From NCBI GenBank assembly GCA_045593725.1, contig JAZNXE010000028.1:10694-74693 (forward strand): a stretch of DNA of 64,000 nucleotides, read 5' to 3'. A program made the position numbers and the translations under genes. Position 1 is the stretch's first letter. Each line of letters opens with the position of its first letter. Source of the DNA: Eubacteriales bacterium. GTDB taxonomy: Bacteria; Bacillota; Clostridia; Oscillospirales; CAG-272. The notes beneath the pieces are model-generated. The model searched no databases. It saw only the letters and a list, made by a program, of their open reading frames with translations, and was not told where the DNA came from. Below, in pieces: positions 9,110 through 18,432 of the stretch.

Positions 9110-11071
9110 ATGAAGGAGAAGTTTTATATTACAACAGCCATAGCCTACGCGTCAAGAAAGCCTCACTTTGGTAATACCTACGAGGTGATAATGACCGATG
9201 CTGTGGCAAGATATAAGAGAGCGAGGGGCTATGACGTATATTTCTGTACGGGAACAGACGAGCACGGTCAGAAGATAGAGGACCTGGCGAATGCGGCGGG
9301 TATCACGCCCAAGCAGTACGTTGACGGCGTAGCGGGTGAGATAAAGGGTATCTGGGATAAAATGAATACCGGTTACGACTACTTTATCCGCACTACCGAC
9401 GACTATCACGAAAAGACGGTGCAGAAGATATTCAAAAAATTCTACGGTCAGGGAGATATATACAAGGACAAGTACGAGGGCTGGTACTGTACCCCCTGTG
9501 AGTCCTTCTTTACCGAAACTCAGGCGGCGGAGGGAAAATGCCCCGATTGCGGCAGAGAGGTGCAGAGAGCAAGTGAGGAGGCATACTTCTTCAGAATGAG
9601 CAAGTACGCCGACAGACTTATGGCGTATATTGACGAGCACCCCGAGTTTATCGAGCCTGAGTCGAGAAAAAAGGAGATGGTAAACAATTTCCTTAAGGCG
9701 GGACTTCAGGACCTTTGCGTGTCCAGAACCTCCTTCAAGTGGGGAATTCCCGTGGATTTCGACGATAAGCACGTGGTTTACGTATGGCTTGACGCACTTA
9801 CAAACTATATTACCGCTCTTGGCTATGACGCGGACAAATCTTATGAGGAGCAGTCCGAGCATTTCAAGAAATATTGGCCCTGTGACGTTCACGTTATCGG
9901 TAAGGATATTCTTCGTTTCCACACCATTTATTGGCCTATATTCCTGATGGCGCTTGACATTCCGCTTCCAAAGAAGGTGTTCGGACATCCTTGGTTCAAC
10001 TTCGGCGTTGAAAAGATGTCAAAATCCCGCGGAAACGTAATATATGCTGATGCTCTCGCCGATAGATTTGGAGTTGACGGCGTAAGATACTACGCTCTCT
10101 CCGAGATGCCATATAACTCTGACGGAAGCATAACCTACGAGTCGGTCATCAAGAGATATAACACCGACCTTGTAAACAATATGGGTAACCTTGTAAAGAG
10201 GACCCTTGATATGCAGAAGAAGTACTTTGACAAGACAGTTCAGGCGCCCACCGCGGCAGATGCCCTTGACGGGGAGCTGAAGGCGGCGTGCCTTAAGGCA
10301 TACGAGGGTATGACCTCAAATATGGATGGCTTCCGCATAGCGGACGCCATTGAGTGCGTATTCGAGATGTTCAACAGAGCGAACAAGTACATTGATGAAA
10401 CGATGCCTTGGGCGTTGGCTAAGGATGAGTCAAAGAGAGAAAGACTGGGTACAGTGCTTTATAATCTCCTTGAGGCTATCCGTTGGGGCGCGGTAATGCT
10501 TCAGCCTATCATTCCCGATACGGCGGCAGAAATACTTGAAAAGCTGGGTACGGATGCTTGCGGCTTTGATACCATAGGCAGCGAGGACAAATTTGGAGCT
10601 ATTGCGGCAGGCAGCCAGGTGGGTGACTCCAGAGTTATGTTCGCGAGAATAGACGAGGCGAAGCTTCTTGCCGAGCTCGAAGCCGAAATGGAGGCTCAGA
10701 GAGCGGCGGCAGAGGCGGCTTCGGCAAGACCTGAAAAGCCCGAGGGCTGCGCCCTCATAGGCATTGAGGACTTTATGGGCGTTGAGCTTCGCACGGCTCA
10801 GGTAGTGGCTTGCGAGCGTGTTCCAAAGGCAAAGAAGCTCCTTTGCTTACAGCTTGACCTTGGATATGAGAAGCGTCAGGTGGTTTCGGGTATAGCTAAA
10901 TTCTACGCTCCCGAGGACCTTGTAGGCAAAAAGGTTATAATCGTGGCAAATCTCAAGCCAGCAAAGCTTTGCGGAATTGATTCCGAGGGTATGATACTGG
11001 CAAGCGGCGAGGAGCAGATAAGAGTGGTATTCCTTGCCGAGGATACTCCTCTGGGCGAAAGGATACGTTAA
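9110..11071 (+). CDS. metG: methionine--tRNA ligase with C-terminal tRNA-binding domain
   Basis: KMSKS (VEKMSKSRGN), Zn knuckle CTPCE...CPDCG, GTDEHGQKIE, and a C-terminal EMAP/Trbp111-like domain (VELRTAQVVACERVPKAKKLL). The HIGH position reads PHFGN. Start ATG 9110. Confidence 0.9.
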   Translation: MKEKFYITTAIAYASRKPHFGNTYEVIMTDAVARYKRARGYDVYFCTGTDEHGQKIEDLANAAGITPKQYVDGVAGEIKGIWDKMNTGYDYFIRTTDDYHEKTVQKIFKKFYGQGDIYKDKYEGWYCTPCESFFTETQAAEGKCPDCGREVQRASEEAYFFRMSKYADRLMAYIDEHPEFIEPESRKKEMVNNFLKAGLQDLCVSRTSFKWGIPVDFDDKHVVYVWLDALTNYITALGYDADKSYEEQSEHFKKYWPCDVHVIGKDILRFHTIYWPIFLMALDIPLPKKVFGHPWFNFGVEKMSKSRGNVIYADALADRFGVDGVRYYALSEMPYNSDGSITYESVIKRYNTDLVNNMGNLVKRTLDMQKKYFDKTVQAPTAADALDGELKAACLKAYEGMTSNMDGFRIADAIECVFEMFNRANKYIDETMPWALAKDESKRERLGTVLYNLLEAIRWGAVMLQPIIPDTAAEILEKLGTDACGFDTIGSEDKFGAIAAGSQVGDSRVMFARIDEAKLLAELEAEMEAQRAAAEAASARPEKPEGCALIGIEDFMGVELRTAQVVACERVPKAKKLLCLQLDLGYEKRQVVSGIAKFYAPEDLVGKKVIIVANLKPAKLCGIDSEGMILASGEEQIRVVFLAEDTPLGERIR

Positions 11072-11074
11072 GCT

Positions 11075-12043
11075 ATGAAGGTAGTTGTTATCGGATGCGG
11101 AAGATGGGGCTCGCTTATAGCGTGGTACCTTGACAGTATAGACCGCGGACTTGATGTTACTCTATGCGGCAGACCCAGCTCTCCCCACATGCAGAGATTT
11201 TTGCAGACGCGGAGAAACGATTTGCTGGAGCTTCCCCAGAGTATATCCCTTTCTACCGACTATTCCTGCGTAGAGGATGCCGATATTATAGTCATATCGG
11301 TTGCTTCTCAGGCATTGGACAGCCTTATGGGTCAGCTTTGTGATTATGGGCTTGAAAATAAGATTTTCGTGCTTTGTATGAAGGGCCTTGAGATAAGCAC
11401 GGGAAGACGGCTCTCGCAAATAGCGGAAAGCAGATTATCCCCCACTAACAAGGTAGCGGTGTGGCTCGGTCCCGGACACGTTCAGGAATTTTACAGCGGT
11501 ATTCCTAACTGTATGGTTATTGACAGTAGGCACGAGGATATAAAAAAGCTTCTTGTTGAAACATTCTCAAGCCGACTTATACGCTTTTACTACGGTAAGG
11601 ATATAATAGGCAACGAGGTCGGCGCGGCGGCGAAGAACGTAATAGGTATAGCCGCTGGTATGCTTGACGGACTTGAGCTGTCCACGCTCAAGGGTGTACT
11701 TATGTCCAGAGGAACAAGAGAGGTAGGCAGACTTGTAAGAGCTATGGGAGGCAATGAGATATCGGTATACGGTCTTTGCCATCTGGGCGATTATGAGGCA
11801 ACCGTCTTTTCGCGCTTTAGCCATAACAGACGTTATGGGGAGGCGTTTATCAAGGGAGAGGACTACGGAGAGCTGGCTGAGGGCTATTATACCGTAAAGG
11901 CTATGATGCTTCTTAAGGAGCAATACAAGGTGGATATGCCTATATGCGAAGCGGTATATGCCATGCTTTATGAAAACGCTGATGCCAAGGATACTATAAG
12001 TAGGCTTTTTGAAAGACGGACAACCGAGGAATTTTATAGATAA
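11075..12043 (+). CDS. NAD(P)H-dependent glycerol-3-phosphate dehydrogenase family protein (divergent GpsA-like)
   Basis: Rossmann N-terminus VVVIGCGRWGS, GNEVGAAAKNVIGIAAGMLDGL, and C-terminal LAEGYYT...MPICEAVY pattern of the GpsA family. Several canonical motifs diverge. Starts 4 nt after the metG stop. Confidence 0.65.
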   Translation: MKVVVIGCGRWGSLIAWYLDSIDRGLDVTLCGRPSSPHMQRFLQTRRNDLLELPQSISLSTDYSCVEDADIIVISVASQALDSLMGQLCDYGLENKIFVLCMKGLEISTGRRLSQIAESRLSPTNKVAVWLGPGHVQEFYSGIPNCMVIDSRHEDIKKLLVETFSSRLIRFYYGKDIIGNEVGAAAKNVIGIAAGMLDGLELSTLKGVLMSRGTREVGRLVRAMGGNEISVYGLCHLGDYEATVFSRFSHNRRYGEAFIKGEDYGELAEGYYTVKAMMLLKEQYKVDMPICEAVYAMLYENADAKDTISRLFERRTTEEFYR

Positions 12044-12060
12044 ATTTTTAAAGGATGGAT

Positions 12061-12849
12061 ATGTTTTTCGATTCACACGCTCATTATTATGACGGCAGAT
12101 TTTACGGCGAGGAGAATCCTCAGGGAGCTGAGGCTCTAATACGGGAGCTGTTTGACAGCGGATTGCTTGGTATAATAAATATAGGTACAAACCCCAAGAG
12201 CAATATCCTTGCGGTAGAGCAGGCGAAAAAATTCCCCTGTATGTACGCCGCCGTAGGTATCCATCCCACGGATATGGCGGATATCCGTATGTCCCTTGAG
12301 GATATGATAGAGTCGGTAAAGCGGCTTGCGGAGAACGTCGAAAACAAGGTGGTTGCCATAGGTGAGATAGGGCTTGATTACTACTGGGAGCCATACGACA
12401 AGAAAGCGCAGATGACCTGCTTTGAGGCACAGCTGGAGCTGGCGCGCCAGCTTTCCTTGCCTGTGATAATACACGATAGAGAGGCGCACGGAGATTGCTT
12501 TGACACGGTGTTAAAATACCCCGACCTTAAGGGTGTATTCCACAGCTACAGCGGGAGTGCCGAGATGGCTACCGAGCTTATAAAGCGAGGATGGTATATA
12601 TCCTTTTCGGGGGTTGTGTCATTCAAAAACGCCTCAAGGATAAAAGAGGTGGCTAAGGTGGTTCCCGACGAAAGAGTGCTTATTGAAACAGACGCGCCCT
12701 ATCTTGCGCCCCATCCCTTCAGAGGTAAGATAAACCACTCGGGAAGGCTGATACATACGGCAGAGGCTCTTGCCGAGGTGAGAGGGTGCACTGTGGAGAA
12801 GATAGCCAAGATTACGAGGGAAAACGTAAGAGCGCTTTTCGGAGTATAA
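12061..12849 (+). CDS. tatD: TatD/YabD-family metal-dependent hydrolase
   Basis: FDSHAHY, GEIGLDYYW, VIIHDREAH and IETDAPYLAP motifs. Follows metG as in the Bacillus metS-yabD arrangement. ATG 12061 has AAAGGA 5 nt upstream; track start 12055 is also possible. Confidence 0.85.
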   Translation: MFFDSHAHYYDGRFYGEENPQGAEALIRELFDSGLLGIINIGTNPKSNILAVEQAKKFPCMYAAVGIHPTDMADIRMSLEDMIESVKRLAENVENKVVAIGEIGLDYYWEPYDKKAQMTCFEAQLELARQLSLPVIIHDREAHGDCFDTVLKYPDLKGVFHSYSGSAEMATELIKRGWYISFSGVVSFKNASRIKEVAKVVPDERVLIETDAPYLAPHPFRGKINHSGRLIHTAEALAEVRGCTVEKIAKITRENVRALFGV

Positions 12850-12902
12850 TTCGGCGGGAAGTAATATTGTGTTATACCGCGCATAAAATGTAATAGAAAC
12901 AG

Positions 12903-12947
12903 AAGGCTTCTATTCCTTGCTTTTTGAGGAATAGGAGCCTTTATTTG
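12903..12947 (+). terminator. terminator after tatD
   Basis: 15-bp stem AAGGCTTCTATTCCT / AGGAATAGGAGCCTT (one G-U pair), 9-nt loop, then TTATTTG. Confidence 0.6.
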
Positions 12948-13013
12948 TAAAAAATCAACAAAAACAGTGGCGAGATTTCTATATTTCAAACGGCAAAAAA
13001 AGAATAAAAGCTA

Positions 13014-13042
13014 TTGCAAATGACATTTAAATATTGTATAAT
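13014..13042 (+). promoter_or_regulatory. sigma-A-type promoter of the EF-G paralogue gene
   Basis: TTGCAA (13014-13019), 17-nt spacer, TATAAT (13037-13042). Confidence 0.6.
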
Positions 13043-13158
13043 AAAGGAAAGGTTTGGTCAAAAAGACCAACAAAACGAGTTTTCCTTTTAAAAAATTGGC
13101 TAACTTGTTAAAAATATATTATTTTTTCGCGAAACGCGGAAGTAAGGAGGAACATCCA

Positions 13159-15216
13159 ATGGCTGTTGTTGACACCAAACAAATCAGAAACATCGTACTG
13201 CTTGGACACGGAGGTTGCGGTAAAACTTCGCTTGCCGAGGCAATGATATATATTACCGGCGGAACCGACCGTCTTGGAAAGGTAGCCGACGGAAATACTG
13301 TTTCCGACTATGACGCGGAGGAAACCAAGAGAGGCTTTTCGCTCTCCGCCTCCTTGCTCAATATGATGTGGAAGGATACTAAGATAAATCTTATTGACGC
13401 TCCCGGTTATCTTGATTTCGTGGGAGAAGCAAATCAGGCGCTCCGTGTTGCCGACAGCGCTCTTATCGTCGTTGACGGCAAGGCAGGTATCGAGATAGGA
13501 ACCGAGCTTGCGTGGAATTATGCTACCGCAGCGGGACTTCCCAAGGCATTCTTTATAAACAAGTTTGACGATAACGAGGCACGCTTCGCAAGAGTTCTTG
13601 ACGACCTTCACGTTACCTTCGGTAAGCATATCTGTCCCTTGACCATACCTATGGTAAAGGATGGAGAGGTCACGGGCTGTATCGACCTTATTGACGAGAG
13701 CGCTCACGTGTTCGATAACAACGGACGCCACAGCATAGAGCTTATTCCCGAGGAATCCAAGGAGGCGGTTGCTAAGTATCGCGATATGCTTATGGAAGCG
13801 GTAGCAAGCACCAACGAGGACCTTATGGAGAAGTACTTCGGCGGAGAGGAGATAACCCATATCGAGGCTATCAACGCGGTCCACGAGGGAATTATCCACG
13901 GAGATATCGTTCCCGTATTCTGCGGCGCTGCCACAAAGCTCTGGGGCGTTTGGACTATGCTTGACAAGATTACCGAGTCCTTCCCCCGCCATACCGCTAA
14001 GAAGCAGGAGCTTCTCGCTAACGGCGACAGCATTGATATAAGCGTTGAGGGTGAGCCTTCACTGTTCATATTCAAGACTGTGGCTGACCCCTTCGTAGGA
14101 AAGATGTCCTATTTCAAGGTAATGAGCGGAACGGTAAAGCGCGACCTGCTTATGAAGAACAACACAACGGGCGACAGCGAAAAGCTGGCTCATATTTACA
14201 TAATGAACGGTAAGAAGCAGACCGAGGTAGAGGAGCTTGCCTGCGGTGATATCGGTATGGTGGCAAAGCTTACAGGCACTAATACCAACGATACTCTCAC
14301 GTGGAACAAGGAATTCAGCTATGCTGCCATTACCTATCCTACGCCTTACTATACCAGAGCAATGACACCCGCTACCGCTAAGGACGAGGGCAAGATATCC
14401 CAGAGTATCGCAAAGATGCTTGAGGAGGACCTTACCCTTAAGTACGAGAATAACGCGGAAACAAAGCAGATGCTTATTTCGGGTCTTGGAGATATGCACC
14501 TTGCGGTGCTTTCGGCTAAGCTGAAGAACCGCTTTGGAGTAAGCGTAAACTTTGACGTTCCCAAGATGGCTTACCGTGAGAAGATAACCAAGAGAGTTGA
14601 CGTTGAAGGTAAGCACAAGAAGCAGAACGGCGGCTCGGGTCAGTACGGTCACGTTAAGATTCGCTTTGCTCCCGCCCAGAGCGAGGGGCTTGAATTCAGC
14701 GTATCGGTTGTGGGCGGAACGGTTCCCAAGAACTTCTATCCCGCGGTAGAGAAGGGACTTCAGGACGCAATGGCTAAGGGCGTTGCGGGCTTCCCACTGG
14801 TGGGCCTTGCGGCAGACCTTTATGACGGCTCTTACCACGACGTTGACTCGGATGAAATCTCCTTCAAGACAGCGGCAAATATTGCCTACAAGAAGTGCCT
14901 TGAGCAGGCGGCTCCCGTTATCCTTGAGCCTGTGGGAGATATGGATATAACCGTTCCCGATTCTCTTGTGGGCGACGTTATGGGCGACCTCAACAAGCGC
15001 CGCGGCGCGGTTATGGGAATGGACCCCGCGGCTCAGAAGGGATATACCACTGTTCATGCGGTAGCTCCCAAGGCAGAGCTTGTTGACTATCCTATCGCGC
15101 TTCGCGCAATGACTCAGGGCAGGGGAAGCTTTGAGTTTGCTGTGACGGGCTACGATACCGTTCCAGGTAACATAGCGCAGAAAATAGTTGAGAACTATAA
15201 GAAGGAAAACGCATAA
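13159..15216 (+). CDS. elongation factor G paralogue (non-canonical GTPase motifs)
   Basis: EF-G five-domain strings (NKFD, KMAYREKITKRVDVEGKHKKQNGGSGQYGHVKIRF), but G1 = GHGGCGKTS and G3 = DAPGYLDF. Start ATG 13159 behind AAGGAGG; track start 13054 has no RBS. Confidence 0.8.
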   Translation: MAVVDTKQIRNIVLLGHGGCGKTSLAEAMIYITGGTDRLGKVADGNTVSDYDAEETKRGFSLSASLLNMMWKDTKINLIDAPGYLDFVGEANQALRVADSALIVVDGKAGIEIGTELAWNYATAAGLPKAFFINKFDDNEARFARVLDDLHVTFGKHICPLTIPMVKDGEVTGCIDLIDESAHVFDNNGRHSIELIPEESKEAVAKYRDMLMEAVASTNEDLMEKYFGGEEITHIEAINAVHEGIIHGDIVPVFCGAATKLWGVWTMLDKITESFPRHTAKKQELLANGDSIDISVEGEPSLFIFKTVADPFVGKMSYFKVMSGTVKRDLLMKNNTTGDSEKLAHIYIMNGKKQTEVEELACGDIGMVAKLTGTNTNDTLTWNKEFSYAAITYPTPYYTRAMTPATAKDEGKISQSIAKMLEEDLTLKYENNAETKQMLISGLGDMHLAVLSAKLKNRFGVSVNFDVPKMAYREKITKRVDVEGKHKKQNGGSGQYGHVKIRFAPAQSEGLEFSVSVVGGTVPKNFYPAVEKGLQDAMAKGVAGFPLVGLAADLYDGSYHDVDSDEISFKTAANIAYKKCLEQAAPVILEPVGDMDITVPDSLVGDVMGDLNKRRGAVMGMDPAAQKGYTTVHAVAPKAELVDYPIALRAMTQGRGSFEFAVTGYDTVPGNIAQKIVENYKKENA

Positions 15217-15228
15217 TTGAAATAAAAA

Positions 15229-15253
15229 AGGGCTGCGTGAGCAGCCCTTTTTT
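15229..15253 (+). terminator. rho-independent terminator after the EF-G paralogue
   Basis: GGGCTGC-GTGA-GCAGCCC followed by TTTTTT. Confidence 0.85.
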
Positions 15254-15303
15254 AGGTGGTATAAAATACCTTTCATAAAGACAAAAGAAAATTTTTATTT
15301 GTA

Positions 15304-15332
15304 TTGACTTTTAGGACAATAAGTGCTATAAT
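15304..15332 (+). promoter_or_regulatory. sigma-A-type promoter of the antiporter gene
   Basis: TTGACT (15304-15309), 17-nt spacer, TATAAT (15327-15332). Confidence 0.6.
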
Positions 15333-15376
15333 CTCAAAGGTTAAAAATTTCTTTGTCAATATTGTAGGAGAAAATT

Positions 15377-16684
15377 ATGCAGACATTACTTATGCTCTCG
15401 GTTGCGCTTTTTGCGGGGCTGATGCTTTCAAGACTTGCAAAGCTTGTAAAGCTCCCTGCGGTTACCGCCTATCTCGTGGCGGGAATACTTGTAGGTCCTT
15501 ACGTTCTTGGGGCGCTTGATATAGAGGGCTTGGGCTTTAACAATATGGCTCAGGTTAAGGGGCTATCCCTTCTGTCCGACGTTGCCCTCGGCTTCATAGC
15601 ATTTTCTATCGGAAACGAATTCCGTCTTTCTCAATTGAAGAAAACAGGACGTCAGGCGACGGTGATAGGGATAGTTCAGGCTGTGGTGGCAACCCTTCTG
15701 GTTGACGCGGTGCTCATAGGAATACACTTTATGATGCCCGACAAGCTTCCTCTGCCCGCGGCTATCGTGCTTGGAGCGGTAGCGTCGGCAACCGCACCCG
15801 CGGCAACGCTGATGGTAGTACGTCAGTACAAGGCAAAGGGCCCGCTGACCGATATACTCCTCCCCATAGTTGCCCTTGACGACGCGGTGGGACTTGTGCT
15901 TTTCGCTATATCCTTCGGTGTAGCCAAGGCTCTCATAGCAGGTCCTGTGGATATGCTATCGGTAATAGTAGAGCCTATTGTTGAGGTTGTTCTCTCACTT
16001 CTTTTGGGCGCTGTAATGGGTCATCTGTTTACCTTTTTCGAGAAATTCTTCCATTCGCGTTCAAAGCGACTTTCTATGTCGGTAGCCTTCATATTCCTTA
16101 CGGTGGCTCTTTCTATGATGAAATTTGAGGTAGGAGGAGTACATATAGCCTTCTCCTCCTTGCTTGTATGTATGATGCTGGGAACGATGTTCTGCAACGA
16201 GTGCGATTTCTCCGAGGAGCTTATGGAAAGGGTAGAGAGATGGTCTGCGCCCCTTCTCGTGCTGTTTTTCGTAATAAGCGGCGCGGAGCTTGAGCTATCG
16301 GTATTTACCGACCTTGCCATAGTGGTTATAGGTCTTGTTTATATTTTGGCGCGTTCCGCAGGCAAATACGGCGGAGCGTATATCAGTGCTAAGGCAACGA
16401 AGTGCGACAAGAATATTGTTAAGTACCTTGGAATAACCCTTTTGCCTCAGGCAGGCGTTGCCCTTGGAATGGCAATGAAGGCAGAAACCCTCGGTCCTGA
16501 AGGTAAGATAGTTGCGAACATTACCCTGTTCGCCGTGCTCATATACGAGATAGTAGGACCTATGCTTACCAAGATTTCCTTGTATAATGCGGGAGAAATA
16601 CGTCCCGAGGAAAAGGTCAGCGCGCGCGAGGAAGCCCGCAAGCTGCTGGAGCACAAGAGCAGAAAAAAGCACCATAATATGTAA
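15377..16684 (+). CDS. cation:proton antiporter (CPA2 / Na_H_Exchanger family)
   Basis: Polytopic 435-aa protein with N-terminus LPAVTAYLVAGILVGPYVLG, typical of KefB/CPA2-type exchangers. No RCK/TrkA domain. Confidence 0.8.
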   Translation: MQTLLMLSVALFAGLMLSRLAKLVKLPAVTAYLVAGILVGPYVLGALDIEGLGFNNMAQVKGLSLLSDVALGFIAFSIGNEFRLSQLKKTGRQATVIGIVQAVVATLLVDAVLIGIHFMMPDKLPLPAAIVLGAVASATAPAATLMVVRQYKAKGPLTDILLPIVALDDAVGLVLFAISFGVAKALIAGPVDMLSVIVEPIVEVVLSLLLGAVMGHLFTFFEKFFHSRSKRLSMSVAFIFLTVALSMMKFEVGGVHIAFSSLLVCMMLGTMFCNECDFSEELMERVERWSAPLLVLFFVISGAELELSVFTDLAIVVIGLVYILARSAGKYGGAYISAKATKCDKNIVKYLGITLLPQAGVALGMAMKAETLGPEGKIVANITLFAVLIYEIVGPMLTKISLYNAGEIRPEEKVSAREEARKLLEHKSRKKHHNM

Positions 16685-16696
16685 AAATCATAGATA

Positions 16697-16734
16697 TAAA
16701 AATCGGCAGAGGAACAATTCCTCTGCCGATTTTT
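16697..16734. terminator. bidirectional terminator between convergent antiporter and trpB2 genes (hairpin copy A)
   Basis: A-run, then ATCGGCAGAGGA-ACAAT-TCCTCTGCCGAT (16702-16730), then TTTT. Nearly identical to the hairpin at 48879-48910. Confidence 0.8.
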
Positions 16735-16752
16735 ATATGCGTGGATGCTCTT

Positions 16753-18123
16753 TTAATCAACCTTCGGCAATCTCTTGAAGCTTGCCTCAAGCTCCTCGTC
16801 GGTGGGACGGTAGTCGTTCATCTTGCCGTCGTGGAACTTTTCGTAAGAGAACATATCGAAGTATCCCGTGCCTGTGAGTCCGAATACTATGGTTTTTTCC
16901 TCACCTGTTTCCTTACACTTCATTGCTTCGTCGATAGCTACCTTTATAGCGTGGCTGCTCTCGGGAGCGGGAAGGATGCCCTCTATTCTCGCGAAATACT
17001 CTGCCGCCGCAAACACCGAGGTCTGCTCAACAGATACAGCCTCCATAAGTCCTTGGTCATAAAGCTCGGAGAGCACGGGGCTCATTCCGTGATATCTCAG
17101 ACCGCCCGCGTGGCTGGCGGCGGGAATAAAGTTGCTTCCCAAGGTGTACATCTTTGCCAAGGGGCAGACGGCACCCGTGTCGCAGTAGTCATAAGCGTAT
17201 TTTCCGCGGGTAAGGCTGGGGCAGGACATAGGCTCAACGGCTATGAAGCGGTAATCTGCCTCGCCGCGAAGCTTCTCGCCCATAAAGGGTGCGATAAGTC
17301 CCGCAAGGTTAGAGCCGCCGCCCGCGCAGCCGATGATTATATCCGCCTTTTCGCCGTATTTATCAAGGGCTACCTTGGTTTCAAGTCCGATGATGGACTG
17401 GTGCAGACCTACCTGATTGAGTACGCTTCCCAGAACGTATCTGTACCCCTCGGTCTTAGACGCTACCTCAACAGCCTCGGATATGGCGCAGCCAAGGCTT
17501 CCCGAGGTGCCGGGGTGCTCGGCGAGGATCTTTCTTCCCACCTCGGTGTCCATAGAGGGGGAGGGAGTGACCGACGCTCCGTAGGTTCTCATTACCTCAC
17601 GTCTGAAGGGCTTTTGCTCATAGGAGCATTTTACCATAAATACCTTGCAGTCAAGTCCCAGATACGAGCAAGCCATAGAGAGAGCTGTACCCCACTGACC
17701 GGCACCTGTTTCGGTGGTAACTCCCTTAAGACCCTGATTTTTTGCGTAGTACGCCTGAGCGATAGCTGAGTTCAGCTTGTGGCTTCCGCTGGTGTTGTTG
17801 CCCTCGAATTTATAGTATATCTTTGCGGGAGTGCCCAGCTTTTCCTCAAGGCAGTAGGCTCTTATGAGGGGAGCGGGACGGTACATTTTATAGAAATCTC
17901 TTATTTCGGTGGGGATGGAGAAATAGGCGGTGGTATCGTCAAGCTCCTGCTTGATAAGCTCGTCGCAGAATACGGGAGATAGCTCCTCGTGGGTCATAGG
18001 CTCAAGGGTTTCGGGATTGAGAAGGGGAGCGGGCTTTTTCTTCATATCCGCTCTTACGTTATACCACTCGCGGGGAAGCTCGCTTTCTTCAAGATAAATT
18101 TTGTAGGGGATCTTCTGTGACAT
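16753..18123 (-). CDS. trpB: TrpB-like PLP-dependent enzyme (TrpB2 / TIGR01415-type tryptophan synthase beta paralogue)
   Basis: GSHKLNSAIAQAYYA (PLP Lys), ETGAGQWGTALSMA and GCAGGGSNLAGL, plus the N-terminal extension ...LPREWYNVRADM... typical of TrpB2. Start ATG 18123 behind AAGGAG; track start 18249 would read through the T-box leader. Confidence 0.85.
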   Translation of the reverse strand: MSQKIPYKIYLEESELPREWYNVRADMKKKPAPLLNPETLEPMTHEELSPVFCDELIKQELDDTTAYFSIPTEIRDFYKMYRPAPLIRAYCLEEKLGTPAKIYYKFEGNNTSGSHKLNSAIAQAYYAKNQGLKGVTTETGAGQWGTALSMACSYLGLDCKVFMVKCSYEQKPFRREVMRTYGASVTPSPSMDTEVGRKILAEHPGTSGSLGCAISEAVEVASKTEGYRYVLGSVLNQVGLHQSIIGLETKVALDKYGEKADIIIGCAGGGSNLAGLIAPFMGEKLRGEADYRFIAVEPMSCPSLTRGKYAYDYCDTGAVCPLAKMYTLGSNFIPAASHAGGLRYHGMSPVLSELYDQGLMEAVSVEQTSVFAAAEYFARIEGILPAPESSHAIKVAIDEAMKCKETGEEKTIVFGLTGTGYFDMFSYEKFHDGKMNDYRPTDEELEASFKRLPKVD

Positions 18124-18426
18124 AATATGTCTCCTTTCTTGCTGTGTTGGGGGCAAACAAAAAAGTCCGTCCCGCAAATCTTGTTTGCCGGGACAGGACC
18201 AAGATCCTGCGGTGCCACCCTGCTTGACAAATAATGTCCTCTTGCGCATACTTAAAATATGCAGACTTTTTTACGGTAAGTCCTCCGTCGCTCATACTAA
18301 AAGGCATAGCCCTCTTTCCGTTTGCCCTCAAAGGTCCATTCGCATTACGGCTTTCATACCGCGATTCCACCATCCGCGGCTCTCTGAATGAAGTTGGCGT
18401 AAGCTACTTACTCCTTTTCATCGGTT
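18124..18426 (-). promoter_or_regulatory. T-box riboswitch, tRNA-Trp specifier (UGG)
   Basis: Minus strand shows GA/K-turn string GATGAAAAGGAGTAAGTAG, AGAGAG and GGTGG distal elements, and specifier loop GAA-UGG-A (UGG = 18336-18338). T-box sequence AGGGTGGCACCGCAGG lies at 18206-18221. Terminator CCTGTCCCGG...GCGGGACGG plus TTTTTTG lies at 18158-18197. Confidence 0.85.
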
Positions 18427-18432
18427 TACTGC

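Noticed and set aside
16741-17769. 342-aa plus-strand ORF overlapping the trpB2 gene.
   Set aside because: It is the same codon-aligned antisense-shadow effect. The minus-strand product has unmistakable TrpB-family motifs.
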